Below, in pieces: positions 31,701 to 43,700 of a DNA stretch of 64,000 bases. The notes beneath the pieces were generated by a model. The model was not told where the DNA came from and searched no databases. It worked only from the letters and a program-made list of their open reading frames with translations. Position 1 is the stretch's first letter; each line of letters begins with the position of its first letter. Location of the stretch: positions 48,257-112,256 of the forward strand of contig NIVC01001188.1 of the NCBI GenBank assembly GCA_002269645.1, given 5' to 3'. A program made the position numbers and the translations under genes. This DNA is from Macrostomum lignano (taxonomy: Eukaryota).

Positions 31701-34700
31701 CAGGGCCGTGCACCTGGCGTCCGGGTCGGCCAGATGGACGGCTCGATGAAGAGCGGATCGAATTTCGGTCACCAGGCCGTTGATAATGTCGGCATCGTTC
31801 GGGCAGGCGTTGATGGCCTCAGTTAGCAGGCAGAAGCTGAGCCCATGCTCAACAGAGTCGCAGCGGTTCTGCACGGCGAATCGGTCAATAATGCGAGACA
31901 GACATGGCTGGCGGAGCAGGTGGCTAGCGACAACCGAGTAGCACCTGCCATTTGGGGAGCGGGGATTCGGCAGTGATGCAGTACACAGTACACAGGCACA
32001 GACTCCTGCACACGCTCACAAAAAGTGCAAAGTGTACCTGGCCAAATCAATTAGCAGGGCGAGAGCAAACTTCCGACAGGTGGTCTGCTGTTTTGCATCG
32101 GAGGCCGCGTCGCCACCAGCGGCAGCGTCCGGCGCGGATTCGTCGCTGCTAGTGTCGGAGCGGTTGCTAGGGGGCGACTGCTGGAAGGCGGCGGCCAGGC
32201 TCGCCGCGGGCTGGTCGAGAAGCACGGCATCGAGTAGCATTGACAGCAGGCTGGTCTGCCAGTCGCGCAGGGGCGGAGGGCTTTGCTCCTTGGGCGCGGA
32301 ACTTCGCTCCTGCGTCTGCGGTTGGCGGGAAGGTTGGAACACTGCGGCGGCGAGTTCTTGGCTGGGCGATTGTGGGACTTCATTAGGGAGGTTCTCGGGG
32401 TAGTTGAGATCAAGGTTCTCAGGGTAGTTGAGATCAAGGTTCTCAGGGTATTTGGGATCAAGGTTCTCAGGGTATTTGGGATCAAGGTTCTCAGGGTATT
32501 TGGGATCAAGGTTCTCAGGGTAGTTGAGATCAAGGTTCTCAGGGTAGTTGAGACCAAGGTTCTCAGGGTATTTGAGACCAATGTTCTCAGGGTATTTAAG
32601 GTTATCAGGGTAGTTGAGACCAAGGTTCTCAGGGTATTTAAGGTTATCAGGGTAGTTGAGACCAAGGTTCTCAGGGTAGTTGAGACCAAGGTTCTCAGGG
32701 TATTTGAGACCAAGGTTCTCAGGGTGTTTGAGACCAAGGTTCTCAAGGTAGTTGAGACCAATGTTCTCAGGGTAGTTGAGACCAAGGTTCTCAGGGTAGT
32801 TGAGACCAAGGTTCTCAGGGTATTTGAGATCAAGGTTCTCAGGGTATTTGAGACCAAGGTTCTCAGGGTAGTTGAGATCAAGGTTCTCAGGGTAGTTGAG
32901 ATCAAGGTTCTCAGGGTATTTGGGATCAAGGTTCTCAGGGTATTTGGGATCAAGGTTCTCAGGGTATTTGAGATCAAGGTTCTCAGGGTATTTGAGACCA
33001 AGGTTCTCAGGGTATTTGAGACCAAGGTTCTCAGGGTATTTAAGGTTCTCAGGGTAGTTGAGACCAAGGTTCTCAGGGTAGTTGAGACCAAGGTTCTCAG
33101 GGTATTTGAGACCAAGGTTCTCAGGGTATTTGAGACCAAGGTTCTCAGGGTGTTTGAGACCAAGGTTCTCAAGGTAGTTGAGACCAAGGTTCTCAGGGTA
33201 GTTGAGACCAAGGTTCTCAGGGTAGTTGAGACCAAGGTTCTCAGGGTATTTGAGACCAAGGTTCTCAGGGTAGTTGAGATCAAGGTTCTCAGGGTATTTG
33301 AGGTCAAGGTTCTCAGGGTATTTGAGGTCAAGGTTCTCAGGGTATTTGGGATCAAGGTTCTCAGGGTATTTGGGATCAAGGTTCTCAGGGTATTTGGGAT
33401 CAAGGTTCTCAGGGTAGTTGAGATCAAGGTTCTCAGGGTAGTTGAGACCAAGGTTCTCAGGGTATTTGAGACCAAGGTTCTCAGGGTATTTAAGGTTATC
33501 AGGGTAGTTGAGACCAAGGTTCTCAGGGTAGTTGAGACCAAGGTTCTCAGGGTAGTTGAGACCAAGGTTCTCAGGGTATTTGAGACCAAGGTTCTCAGGG
33601 TGTTTGAGACCAAGGTTCTCAAGGTAGTTGAGACCAATGTTCTCAGGGTAGTTGAGACCAAGGTTCTCAGGGTAGTTGAGACCAAGGTTCTCAGGGTATT
33701 TGAGATCAAGGTTCTCAGGGTATTTGAGATCAAGGTTCTCAGGGTAGTTGAGATCAAGGTTCTCAGGGTAGTTGAGATCAAGGTTCTCAGGGTATTTGGG
33801 ATCAAGGTTCTCAGGGTATTTGGGATCAAGGTTCTCAGGGTATTTGAGATCAAGGTTCTCAGGGTATTTGAGACCAAGGTTCTCAGGGTATTTGAGACCA
33901 AGGTTCTCAGGGTATTTAAGGTTCTCAGGGTAGTTGAGACCAAGGTTCTCAGGGTAGTTGAGACCAAGGTTCTCAGGGTATTTGAGACCAAGGTTCTCAG
34001 GGTATTTGAGACCAAGGTTCTCAGGGTGTTTGAGACCAAGGTTCTCAGGTAGTTGAGACCAAGGTTCTCAGGGTAGTTGAGACCAAGGTTCTCAGGGTAG
34101 TTGAGACCAAGGTTCTCAGGGTATTTGAGACCAAGGTTCTCAGGGTAGTTGAGATCAAGGTTCTCAGGGTAGTTGAGATCAAGGTTCTCAGGGTAGTTGA
34201 GATCAAGGTTCTCAGGGTAGTTGAGATCAAGGTTCTCAGGGTAGTTGAGATCAAGGTTCTCAGGGTAGTTGAGATCAAGGTTCTCAGGGTAGTTGAGATC
34301 AAGGTTCTCAGGGTACTTAAGGTTCTCAGGGTATTTAAGGTTCTCAGGGTATTTGAGATCAAGGTTCTCAGTGTATTTGAGGTCAAGGTTCTCAGGTTAT
34401 ATGGAATCAAGGTTCTCAGGGTAGTTGAGATCAAGGTTCTCAGGGTATTTGAGACCAAGGTTCTCAGGGTGTTTGAGACCAAGGTTCTCAGGGTAGTTGA
34501 GACCAAGGTTCTCAGGGTAGTTGAGACCAAGGTTCTCAGGGTAGTTGAGACCAAGGTTCTCAGGGTATTTGAGACCAAGGTTCTCAGGGTAGTTGAGATC
34601 AAGGTTCTCAGGGTAGTTGAGATCAAGGTTCTCAGGGTAGTTGAGATCAAGGTTCTCAGGGTATTTAAGGTTCTCAGGGTATTTGAGATCAAGGTTCTCA

Positions 34701-37700
34701 GTGTATTTGAGGTCAAAGTCCTCAGGGTATTTGGGATCAAGGTTTTTAGGGTAGTTGAGGTGAAGGTTCTCAGGGTAGTTGAGATCAAGGTTCTCAGGGT
34801 ATTTGAGGTCAAGGTTCTCAGGGTATTTGAGGTCAAGGTTCTCAGGGTATTTGAGGTCAAGGTTCTCAGGGTATTTAAGGTTCTCAGGGTATTTGAGGTC
34901 AAGGTTCACGATCAAGATCAAGATCAGAGGGTATTCTGGTGGTTCACAGGGTATTGGGGCGGATCTCAGGGTATTCGGGCGGCTCTTAAGGTACTGGAGA
35001 GGAGAGGTTTTTAGGGTACTAGGGTGGCTCTCAGGGTATAAGCAATTTACGATGGACCTTAAGGAAGATTCTCACAGAAGATAGAGTGAGTATAAGAGGT
35101 TTTACGAAGATACTCTCTGATTGTGGCAAAAAGAATATTTCTTAGGTAATGCGTCTGCACACACCTGGTACATCAGTCGCTGGGTGCCCCCCTCCCGCAG
35201 AGCGGCACTGTCGATGGCAAGCGAGGCCAGCTGGCGCACGGCATCGCAGGTGGGCTCGTAGGCCCTGAACAGAGCCGGGGTCAGCACGGCTAGCAGGTAG
35301 TGCAAATCTTTGGCGCCTTGCGACCGGCCGGACACGCCTAGCAGGCGCGAGCTTGGCGCGCCGTAGTGCAGATGGCGCCGAACGAGGTTCGAAGCGGCAT
35401 AGGCGACGGCGTCGGCGTCCTGGAAGACGGCGTGCAGCGCCAGGCAGCACAGGTGCTGCACCCCGGCTCCCTGGCCGGCCAGAGCCAGCAGGCGATCGGC
35501 CAGGCCGGCTGAGCAGCACAGCTCGGCTGCCAGGCCGGGATCGGAGCAGATGAGGCGGATGAGAAGCTGGAGAGCGGCTTCAAGGCGAGAGGCGCCGGCG
35601 CCAGGCCGAATGGTGGAGAGCAGCTGTCTGGAAACGGGCAAATTGGCATGGGGATTTTTGTTGGGATTGTTTTTCAGGTTTGCGGAAGGGGATTCCGTTT
35701 CGGATTGAGAATTTCTCAGGTTTGAGGAAGGGAATTCCGTTTCGGATTGAGGATTTCTCAGGTTTGCGGAAGGAGATTCTGATACTAAGATTAAGGATTT
35801 TCTGTATCTGGGGAGGAATTTCTGGATTTAGATTGGGAGATTTAATAGGGAAAAAGAGTTTCCAGTCGAACCTGGCAAGGCTATCCCGTTCGGCGGGCGA
35901 CATCGGCTCAAGCAGCGGCTGAGCATCGGCGGCAGCGGCGGCAGAATTGTCAGCCGAAGACTCCGTGAGGCTCAGCATCAGCGGCCTGCCAGAGTTCTCA
36001 GTGAACTGAGCCGGCAGAGTCAGCATGGCAACCCGGCGGCCAACCAGCTGAGGAAATCGGCACATGTACCGGCCGTCCCGCCAGGCTCGGTCTAGCGAGG
36101 CGTTGGGCTCGGCGGCCAGCGGCTCCCAGACTCCGATGCGCTCGTCCAGCGCGGCCCAGGAGGACAGACGGGCGGTTCGCTCGAGGACGCGCCTGCGAAG
36201 TTGGCCAGCGGCGGCGAGGCGCTCGTGCGCGTCAACCAGCAGGCAGAGACTGTCGAAGGTGGCCGCAGACTCGGCGGAGGACGACTGGCGCATCAGGGCC
36301 TGGTAGCAGAGCGGCAGCAGGCGGTGCTTGACTGCCTGCTGTGCGCAGGAGAGCTTGCAGCGGTGGCAGAGCAGCAGCACCAGCTGCAGCAGGCGGGGCT
36401 GGTCCCGGCAGCTGGCCGGGAAGTCCGAGAAGGCGGCCTGGGGTGGGGATTAATAAAAGCATATTTAGCTTGGAAACTGGCGCTCGGAGTTGCTGTTGTG
36501 GAACTTGGGGTCAGTGAGATGGGTATGGGGTCAGTGTGTGGATGGGTATGGGATCAGTGTGTGGGATGGGTATGGGATCAGTGTGTGGGATGGGTATGGG
36601 ATTTGTGTGAGATTGGTATGGGATCAGTGTGTGGGATGGGTATGGGATCAGTGTGTGGGATGGGTATGGGATCAGTGTGTGGGATGGGTATGGGATTTGT
36701 GTGAGATTGGTATGGGATCAGTGTGTGGGATGGGTATGGGATCAGTGTGTGGGATGGGTATGGGATCAGTGTGTGGGATAGGTATGGGATTTGTGTGAGA
36801 TGGGTATGGGATCAGTGTGTGGGATGGGTATGGGATCAGTATGTGGGATAGGTATGGGATTTGTGTGAGATGGGTATGGGGTCAGTGTGTGGGATGAGTA
36901 TGGGATCAGTGTGTGGGGTGGGTATTGTATCAGTGTATGGGATGGGTATGGGATCAGTGTGTGGGGTGGGTATGGGATCAGTGTGTGGGGTGGGTATGGG
37001 ATCAGTGTGTGGGATGGGTATGGGGTCAGTGTGTGGGATGAGTATGGGATCAGTGTGTGGGGTGGGTATTGTATCAGTGTATGGGATGGGTATGGGATCA
37101 GTGTGTGGGGTGGGTATGGGATCAGTGTGTGGGGTGGGTATGGGATCAGTGTGTGGGATGGGTATGGGGTCAGTGTGTGGGATGGGTATGAGGTCAGTGT
37201 GTGGGATGGGTATGGGGTCAGTGTGGGATGTATGGGATCAGTGTGTGGGATGGGTATGGGATCAGTGTGGGATGGGTATGGGATCAGTGTGTAGGATGGG
37301 TATGAACCAATTACAGAGCAGTCACCTCAAATGCCAGATCGATGAGCTGGGAGTCCCCTGTGGCGGCCAGAGCTCCGGCCACGTGATGCGGGATTGGCGC
37401 GGATTTGAAATGCCGAAACACTTTCAGGCAGCCGGGCCCCAGCTGGCGCTGCAGAAACTCAGCTTTCAAATCCGCCCGGCGCTGCTGCGCGGCACTCAAC
37501 CCGGCGCCACCGGCGGCGCCTCCATCGCCAGCCTCGCCGTCGTCGTCGGCGGCCTCGCTGGCGTCGTCGTCCGGCGAAAGCAGATCGGCGCCGAGCAGCT
37601 GCTCCTCACCCTGGCGACGGACCAGGGTGTCAACGGCCTCCTCAAAGTTCGTGGCCACCCGAAGCACTTCAACACAGAGCCGGCGGGAGAAGCCCATCTC

Positions 37701-40700
37701 CATGAGCCGGCGGACGCTCTGGTTGTCGCTGTTGCCGGTGGCGCCGGCCCCAGCCGAGGTGCCGGCACCGGAGCCGCTGGCGCCGCCAGACTGCTGCTTA
37801 CCATCCGCTAGCAGCATAGGCGGCTCAACCATGTCCGGCTCGGCGGACCACCAGGCCAGCAGCTGGCGCATAATGGACAGCAGGTTGCAGGCCCCGGTCT
37901 CGGACAGCAGCTCCTTGGCTGGCAGGCGGTTCCACAGCGGCATCAAGGCGGGCAGCAGGCGATCCTCCAGCCGGCTGCCGTCGTCAGTTTTGTAGTTGGC
38001 GGCGAAGCGCTGCGTCCAGGCCAGCCAGGACTCCACGAGAGCCTCGTCGGCGAAGCCCTGATTGATCGCCCGGGCAGCAGCGACATGAAGGCGCCCACGG
38101 TAGAGATGCCTTCGAATACCAGGAAGTTGGCGATGTCAGGCGGCAGGCGGTCCGGCTGGAGGCCGCAGAACAGCTGCAGGAAGGCGTTGGCAGTCCGGCA
38201 GGTCACCTACGGGAGGGTGGAAGGCAGAGAGATTCAATGCGACTGCATGACTTCAGTGAATGACAATGCCAGTATTAACGAATTACAGGGAGTGACACTG
38301 TGAGAACAGGGAATGACCGCATGACAAAAGGCAATGACCCTATGACAGCAGGGAATGACTACGACTTAAATTAATAACGTCATGACTAGCTTCTATGACC
38401 TGGTGACTACAGTGAATGACGTCACGACTAGCTCGAATGACCTGATGACTACAGTGAATGACGTCACGACTAGCTCGAATGACCCGATGACTACAGTGAA
38501 TGACGTCACGACTAGCTCGAATGACCTGATGGCTACAGTGAATGACGTCACGACTAGCTCGAATGACCTGATGGCTACAGTGAATGACGTCACGACTAGC
38601 TCGAATGACCCAATGACTACAATTAATGACGTCACGACTAGCTCGAATGACCTGATGGCTACAGTGAATGACGTCACGACTAGCTCGAATGACCTGATGG
38701 CTACAGTGAATGACGTCACGACTAGCTCGAATGACCTGACGGCTACAGTGAATGACGTCACGACTAGCTCGAATGACCTGATGACTACTGTGAATGACGT
38801 CACGACTAGCTCGAATGACCCAATGACTACAATTAATGACGTCACGACTAGCTCGAATGACCTGATGACTACAGTGAATGACGTCACGACTAGCTCGAAT
38901 GACCCAATGACTACAATTAATGACGTCACGACTAGCTCGAATGACCCAATGGCTACAATGAATGACGTCACGACTAGCTCGAATGACCCAATGGCTATAG
39001 CTACATTTTGAATGTCCCAGTTTTCTCACAGAAAGCCTCACCTTCGGGTCCTTGCCCTCGGCGCCCTCCATGGCAAACAGATCCTGAAAGGTGTGCACGA
39101 TAGTCTTGCAGTTGTCCAGCGACATCTGGGAACCGGTGTAGAGCGACCTGGACCCGGCCGTGCACAGCTTGAACAGGGCGGCAAAGATTGATCGAACGCT
39201 GGCGCTCACAGCCTGCCGACAGGCCAGCTGCTCTGGGTCGAGCAGTGCGGCCTGCTTCGGCTTCTTGCAGGCCGGCTCGCAGACTCCGTCCAGTCCCAGC
39301 TGGGACAGGGTGTCGCACGTGTCTACGTCCATCTGGCGGGGTTGCGGGGAATTGGGTAGGTTGGACATTGAGATGAATTTGTGGACGGGTATGAGTTATC
39401 AAGATGCAAATATCCAATCCAGGGGATAGTGAGGATTTTTTTAAAAATGGGATGTGTATTGTGTGGTATTTAGGGATTAAAATATCGATTTGGATCATTA
39501 GGGAGATCTTAAGATAGGCGATGGGATTTTGGGATCTGGGATTGGGGATCAGCGGCATCGGGATCTGCGACGGGGATCAGCGGCATCGGGTTCTGGGACG
39601 GGGATCAGCGGCATTGGGATCTGGGATGGGGATCAGAGGCATTGGGATCTGGGATGGGGATCAGCGGCATTGGGATCGGGAATGGGGATCAGCGGCATTG
39701 GGATCTGGGAAGGGGATCAGCGGCATTGGGATCAGGGATGGGGATCAGCCGCATTGGGATCAGGGATGGAGATTAGCCGCATTGGGATCTGGGATGGGGA
39801 TCAGAGGCATTGGGATCTGGGATGGGGATCAGCGGCATTGGGATCTGGGATGGGGATCAGCGGCATTGGGATCTGGGATGGGGATCAGCGGCATTGGGAT
39901 CTGGGATGGGGATCAGCGGCATTGGGATCAGAGAAGGGGATCAGCAGAATTGGGAACTGGGATGGGGATCAGCGGCATTGGGATCAGATAAGGGGATCAG
40001 CAGAATTGGGATCTGGGATGGGGATCAGCGGCATTGGGATGGGGGAAGGGGATCAGCAGCATTGGGACGGGAGGATGCTTAGAGATGCGCGACGGGATTT
40101 AGGGATAAGAGATGAGGCAAACACTATAAGCTTTGAGAAGCTACAAGGAAAACCGTGGGAGATCTCGATGATGGGATCATGCGGGAATCGGTAAAGGGAG
40201 TTCCACGCACCTGGTGCGCAGCCTCCGCGCACTGCCAGGCCGCAGTGCGGTACAGCTGGTACAGCAGCTTCTTTAGCAGCGGCTGGGCGCCGGCAAACCT
40301 GGCCAGGCTGGAGGATCTCAGCTCCCTGATGCTGACCAGCCGCTCCAGCAGGCTGCAGATGGCCGCTGAGCGCGGGTTGCACTCGGACGGAAGCTGATCG
40401 TTGATGAGGCTGAGCAGAGTGGACACCATCTGCTCAGGATCGGCGTCAGCCATCACGAGCAGCCGGATGAAGGTGGCCACGTGACCGATGGCGGGCTCAG
40501 CGGGGCGAAGCTGGGCGGCCAGCTCCAGCAGCAGCGGCAGGACACCGGCGTCGACCAGAGCGCGGGATGCGGCGGAGTCAACCGAGCCGGCGGCGATCTG
40601 ACTGTCAGCCCGCTCGATGGCGGTGCGGTACACCATTGACTGCGCGAACACGAGCAGCCGGCTGGCGCGGTTCGACGCCGCGCCGGGGTCGCTGGAGGCC

Positions 40701-43700
40701 GCAGCGGCGGCGCCGCCGGTGGTAGCATTGGCGCCAACGTTCGACGTACCAGCGGCGCCGTTGCCGCTGCTGCCGGCGCCTCCGGTGGAGACCGACGAGG
40801 CGAACGAAGCGTCCTGCATGACGACGTCTTCGTCCGGACCGGACGAGCCGCCGCCGGACGCGTCGTCCTGCGAGGCGGTCGACTTGGCCGCGGAAGCCGT
40901 TGCAGAGGCGGCGGCGGCGGCGGCGGCAGCGGATGCCTTGGCCTCTTCGACCAGGCGGGTGAGGGAGTCCTTGACGGCTTCAACAACGGCGTCCTTCAGG
41001 CGCTGGTCGTTGCGGACAACCTCGGAGGCCAGGCTGCCTAGCATGGCGGCCGGCTGCATGGACTTCTTGGCGGTCAGCGCTGGCAGGTAGGCCGGATCGG
41101 CGAATATCGACACCAGCTGCTGGAGGACGCCGCGACGAAGGACTGCGTCGGCGCCGCGCTGGTTCAGCGACAGGGCGGCCAGGATCGGTGGCAGGTTCAG
41201 CAACAGGTCCCGGTGCTGAGGCACCTTCAGCGAGTCCAGCACCTGGATTGGGTGACATAGGCGACTGTCTGAGTTCTTACCCTGAAACTACATGCTAGCG
41301 CATGGAAACTTGTCATTTAAGAGCAATAAGCAGGTCTCATCCTGAGATTAATGTACAGGTCTCACTCTGAGACTAATGTACAGGTCTCATCCTGAGATTA
41401 GTGTACAGGTCTCACTCTGAGACTAATGTACAGGTCTCACTCTGAGACGAATGTGCGTCTCACTCTGAGACGAATGTACAGGTCTCACCCTGAGATTAAT
41501 GTACAGGCCTCACTCTGAGACTAATGTACAGGTCTCACTCTGAGACGAATGTGCGTCTCACTCTGAGATTAATGTACAGGTCTCACCCTGAGATTAATGT
41601 ACAGGTCTCACCCTGAGATTAATGTACAGGCCTCACTCTGAGATTAATGTACAGGTCTCAGCCTGAGATTAATGTACAGGTCTCACCCTGAGATTAATGT
41701 ACAGGCCTCACTCTGAGATTAATGTACAGGTCTCACCCTGAGATTAGCTTACAGGTCTCAGCCTGAGATTAATGTACAGGTCTCACCCTGAGATTAATGT
41801 ACAGGTCTCACTCTGAGACTAATGTACAGGTCTCACTCTGAGACGAATGTGCGTCTCACTCTGAGATTAATGTACAGGTCTCACCCTGAGATTAATGTAC
41901 AGGTCTCACCCTGAGATTAATGTACAGGCCTCACTCTGAGATTAATGTACAGGTCTCACCCTGAGATTAATGTACAGGTCTCACCCTGAGATTAATGTAC
42001 AGGCCTCACTCTGAGATTAATGTACAGGTCTCACCCTGAGATTAATGTACAGGTCTCACCCTGAGATTAATGTACAGGCCTCACTCTGAGATTAATGTAC
42101 AGGTCTCACCCTGAGATTAGCTTACAGGTCTCAGCCTGAGATTAATGTACAGGTCTCACCCTGAGATTAATGTACAGGTCTCACTCTGAGACGAATGTGC
42201 GTCTCACTCTGAGACGAATGTACAGGTCTCACCCTGAGATTAATGTACAGGCCTCACTCTGAGACTAATGTACAGGTCTCACTCTGAGACGAATGTGCGT
42301 CTCACTCTGAGATTAATGTACAGGTCTCACCCTGAGATTAATGTACAGGTCTCCCCCTGAGACTAATGTACAGGTCTCACCCAGAGATTAATGTACAGGT
42401 CTCACCCTGAGATTAGCTTACAGGTCTCAGCCTGAGATTAATGTACAGGTCTCACCCAGAGATTAATGTACAGGCCTCACTCTGAGATTAATGTACAGGT
42501 CTCACCCTGAGATTAGCTTACAGGTCTCAGCCTGAGATTAATGTACAGGTCTCACCCTGAGATTAATGTACAGGTCTCACCCTGAGATTAATGTACAGGT
42601 CTCAGCCTGAGATTAATGTACAGGTCTCACCCTGAGATTAATGTACATGGTACAGGCCTCACCCTGAGATAAGTGTACAGGCCTCACCCTGAGATAAGTG
42701 TACAGGTCTCACCCTGAGATAAGTGTACAGGTCTCACCCTGAGATTAGTGTACATGTCCCACTCTTGGGATTAATGTACATGTCTTACTCTGAAATTAAC
42801 CCTAAGATCTCTTCCTATTCCCTATGAAAAGATTTGTTTTGTAAGAATGGTGTATAAAGTTTTATGATCCTCATTAGAATTTTATTAATTAAAAAATCTC
42901 GCTAATTTGACTTTCACACAGGTATAGCCAGAAATTATGAAAATTTCCAACCCAACAAAATCTGCCGAAGTTCTCACCTGATCAGTGATGCCGCTCTCCT
43001 GCATGGCGGACAGTGACGAAGGCTCGTGCTGAATGTAGGCGGCGAGCAGGTCGGCGCCGGCAAAGCGCAGGGCTGGCGCGCAGTCCAGCAGGCAGCGGAC
43101 CAGCCGGAGCAGCTGTCCGGAGTCCACGGTGCGTCGAACAGAATCGGCAAAGTCCGGCTCAGTAACCAGCCGTTTGAGCAGATGAAGCAGGCGTTTCAAT
43201 AGGCCCAGCTTCTGCAGGCAGTTGGCCGGCTGTTGCTGCTGCAGCTGCAGTTCGGCCTGCAGCCGGCCGAGCAGGGCGGAGAACAGGACTCCGGGCAGGC
43301 GGGCCTGGCTGGCCGCCAAGTTGCACAGGCAGTCCAGCACCCGGACAGACCGGATGCACAGGCCCAGCCAGTTGTCCGGAGCGGCCTGCCACTGCACCAG
43401 CTGCAGTAGCGGATCCAGCAGGCTGGGCGAAGGCGACATTCTATCATGAGACGATGTGATGTGGTACAGCGTGCTGAGTATAGCGGTGGCCTGCTTGAGC
43501 CTGGCCGGGGTGAGCGGTGACTCGCCTGAGGCGGCGCCGCCGCTGCTAACGATGCTGCTGACGGCACGGCGAAGCAGGCTGGGCAGCAGGCCGTGATGGT
43601 AGCGCAGGCCGAGGGTCTCAACCAGCTGAGTCTGGCCAATCTGAATGAGCGAGGTCACGGTCTTCAGCACGGCCGCGTGCAGGTTCATGTAATCGTCCGA

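Noticed and set aside
32051-35014. 500-660-aa repetitive ORFs on both strands (TLRTLVSN / VETKVLRV)
   Set aside because: Lie wholly within HUWE1 intron 8 and derive from stop-free repeat units whose lengths are multiples of 3.
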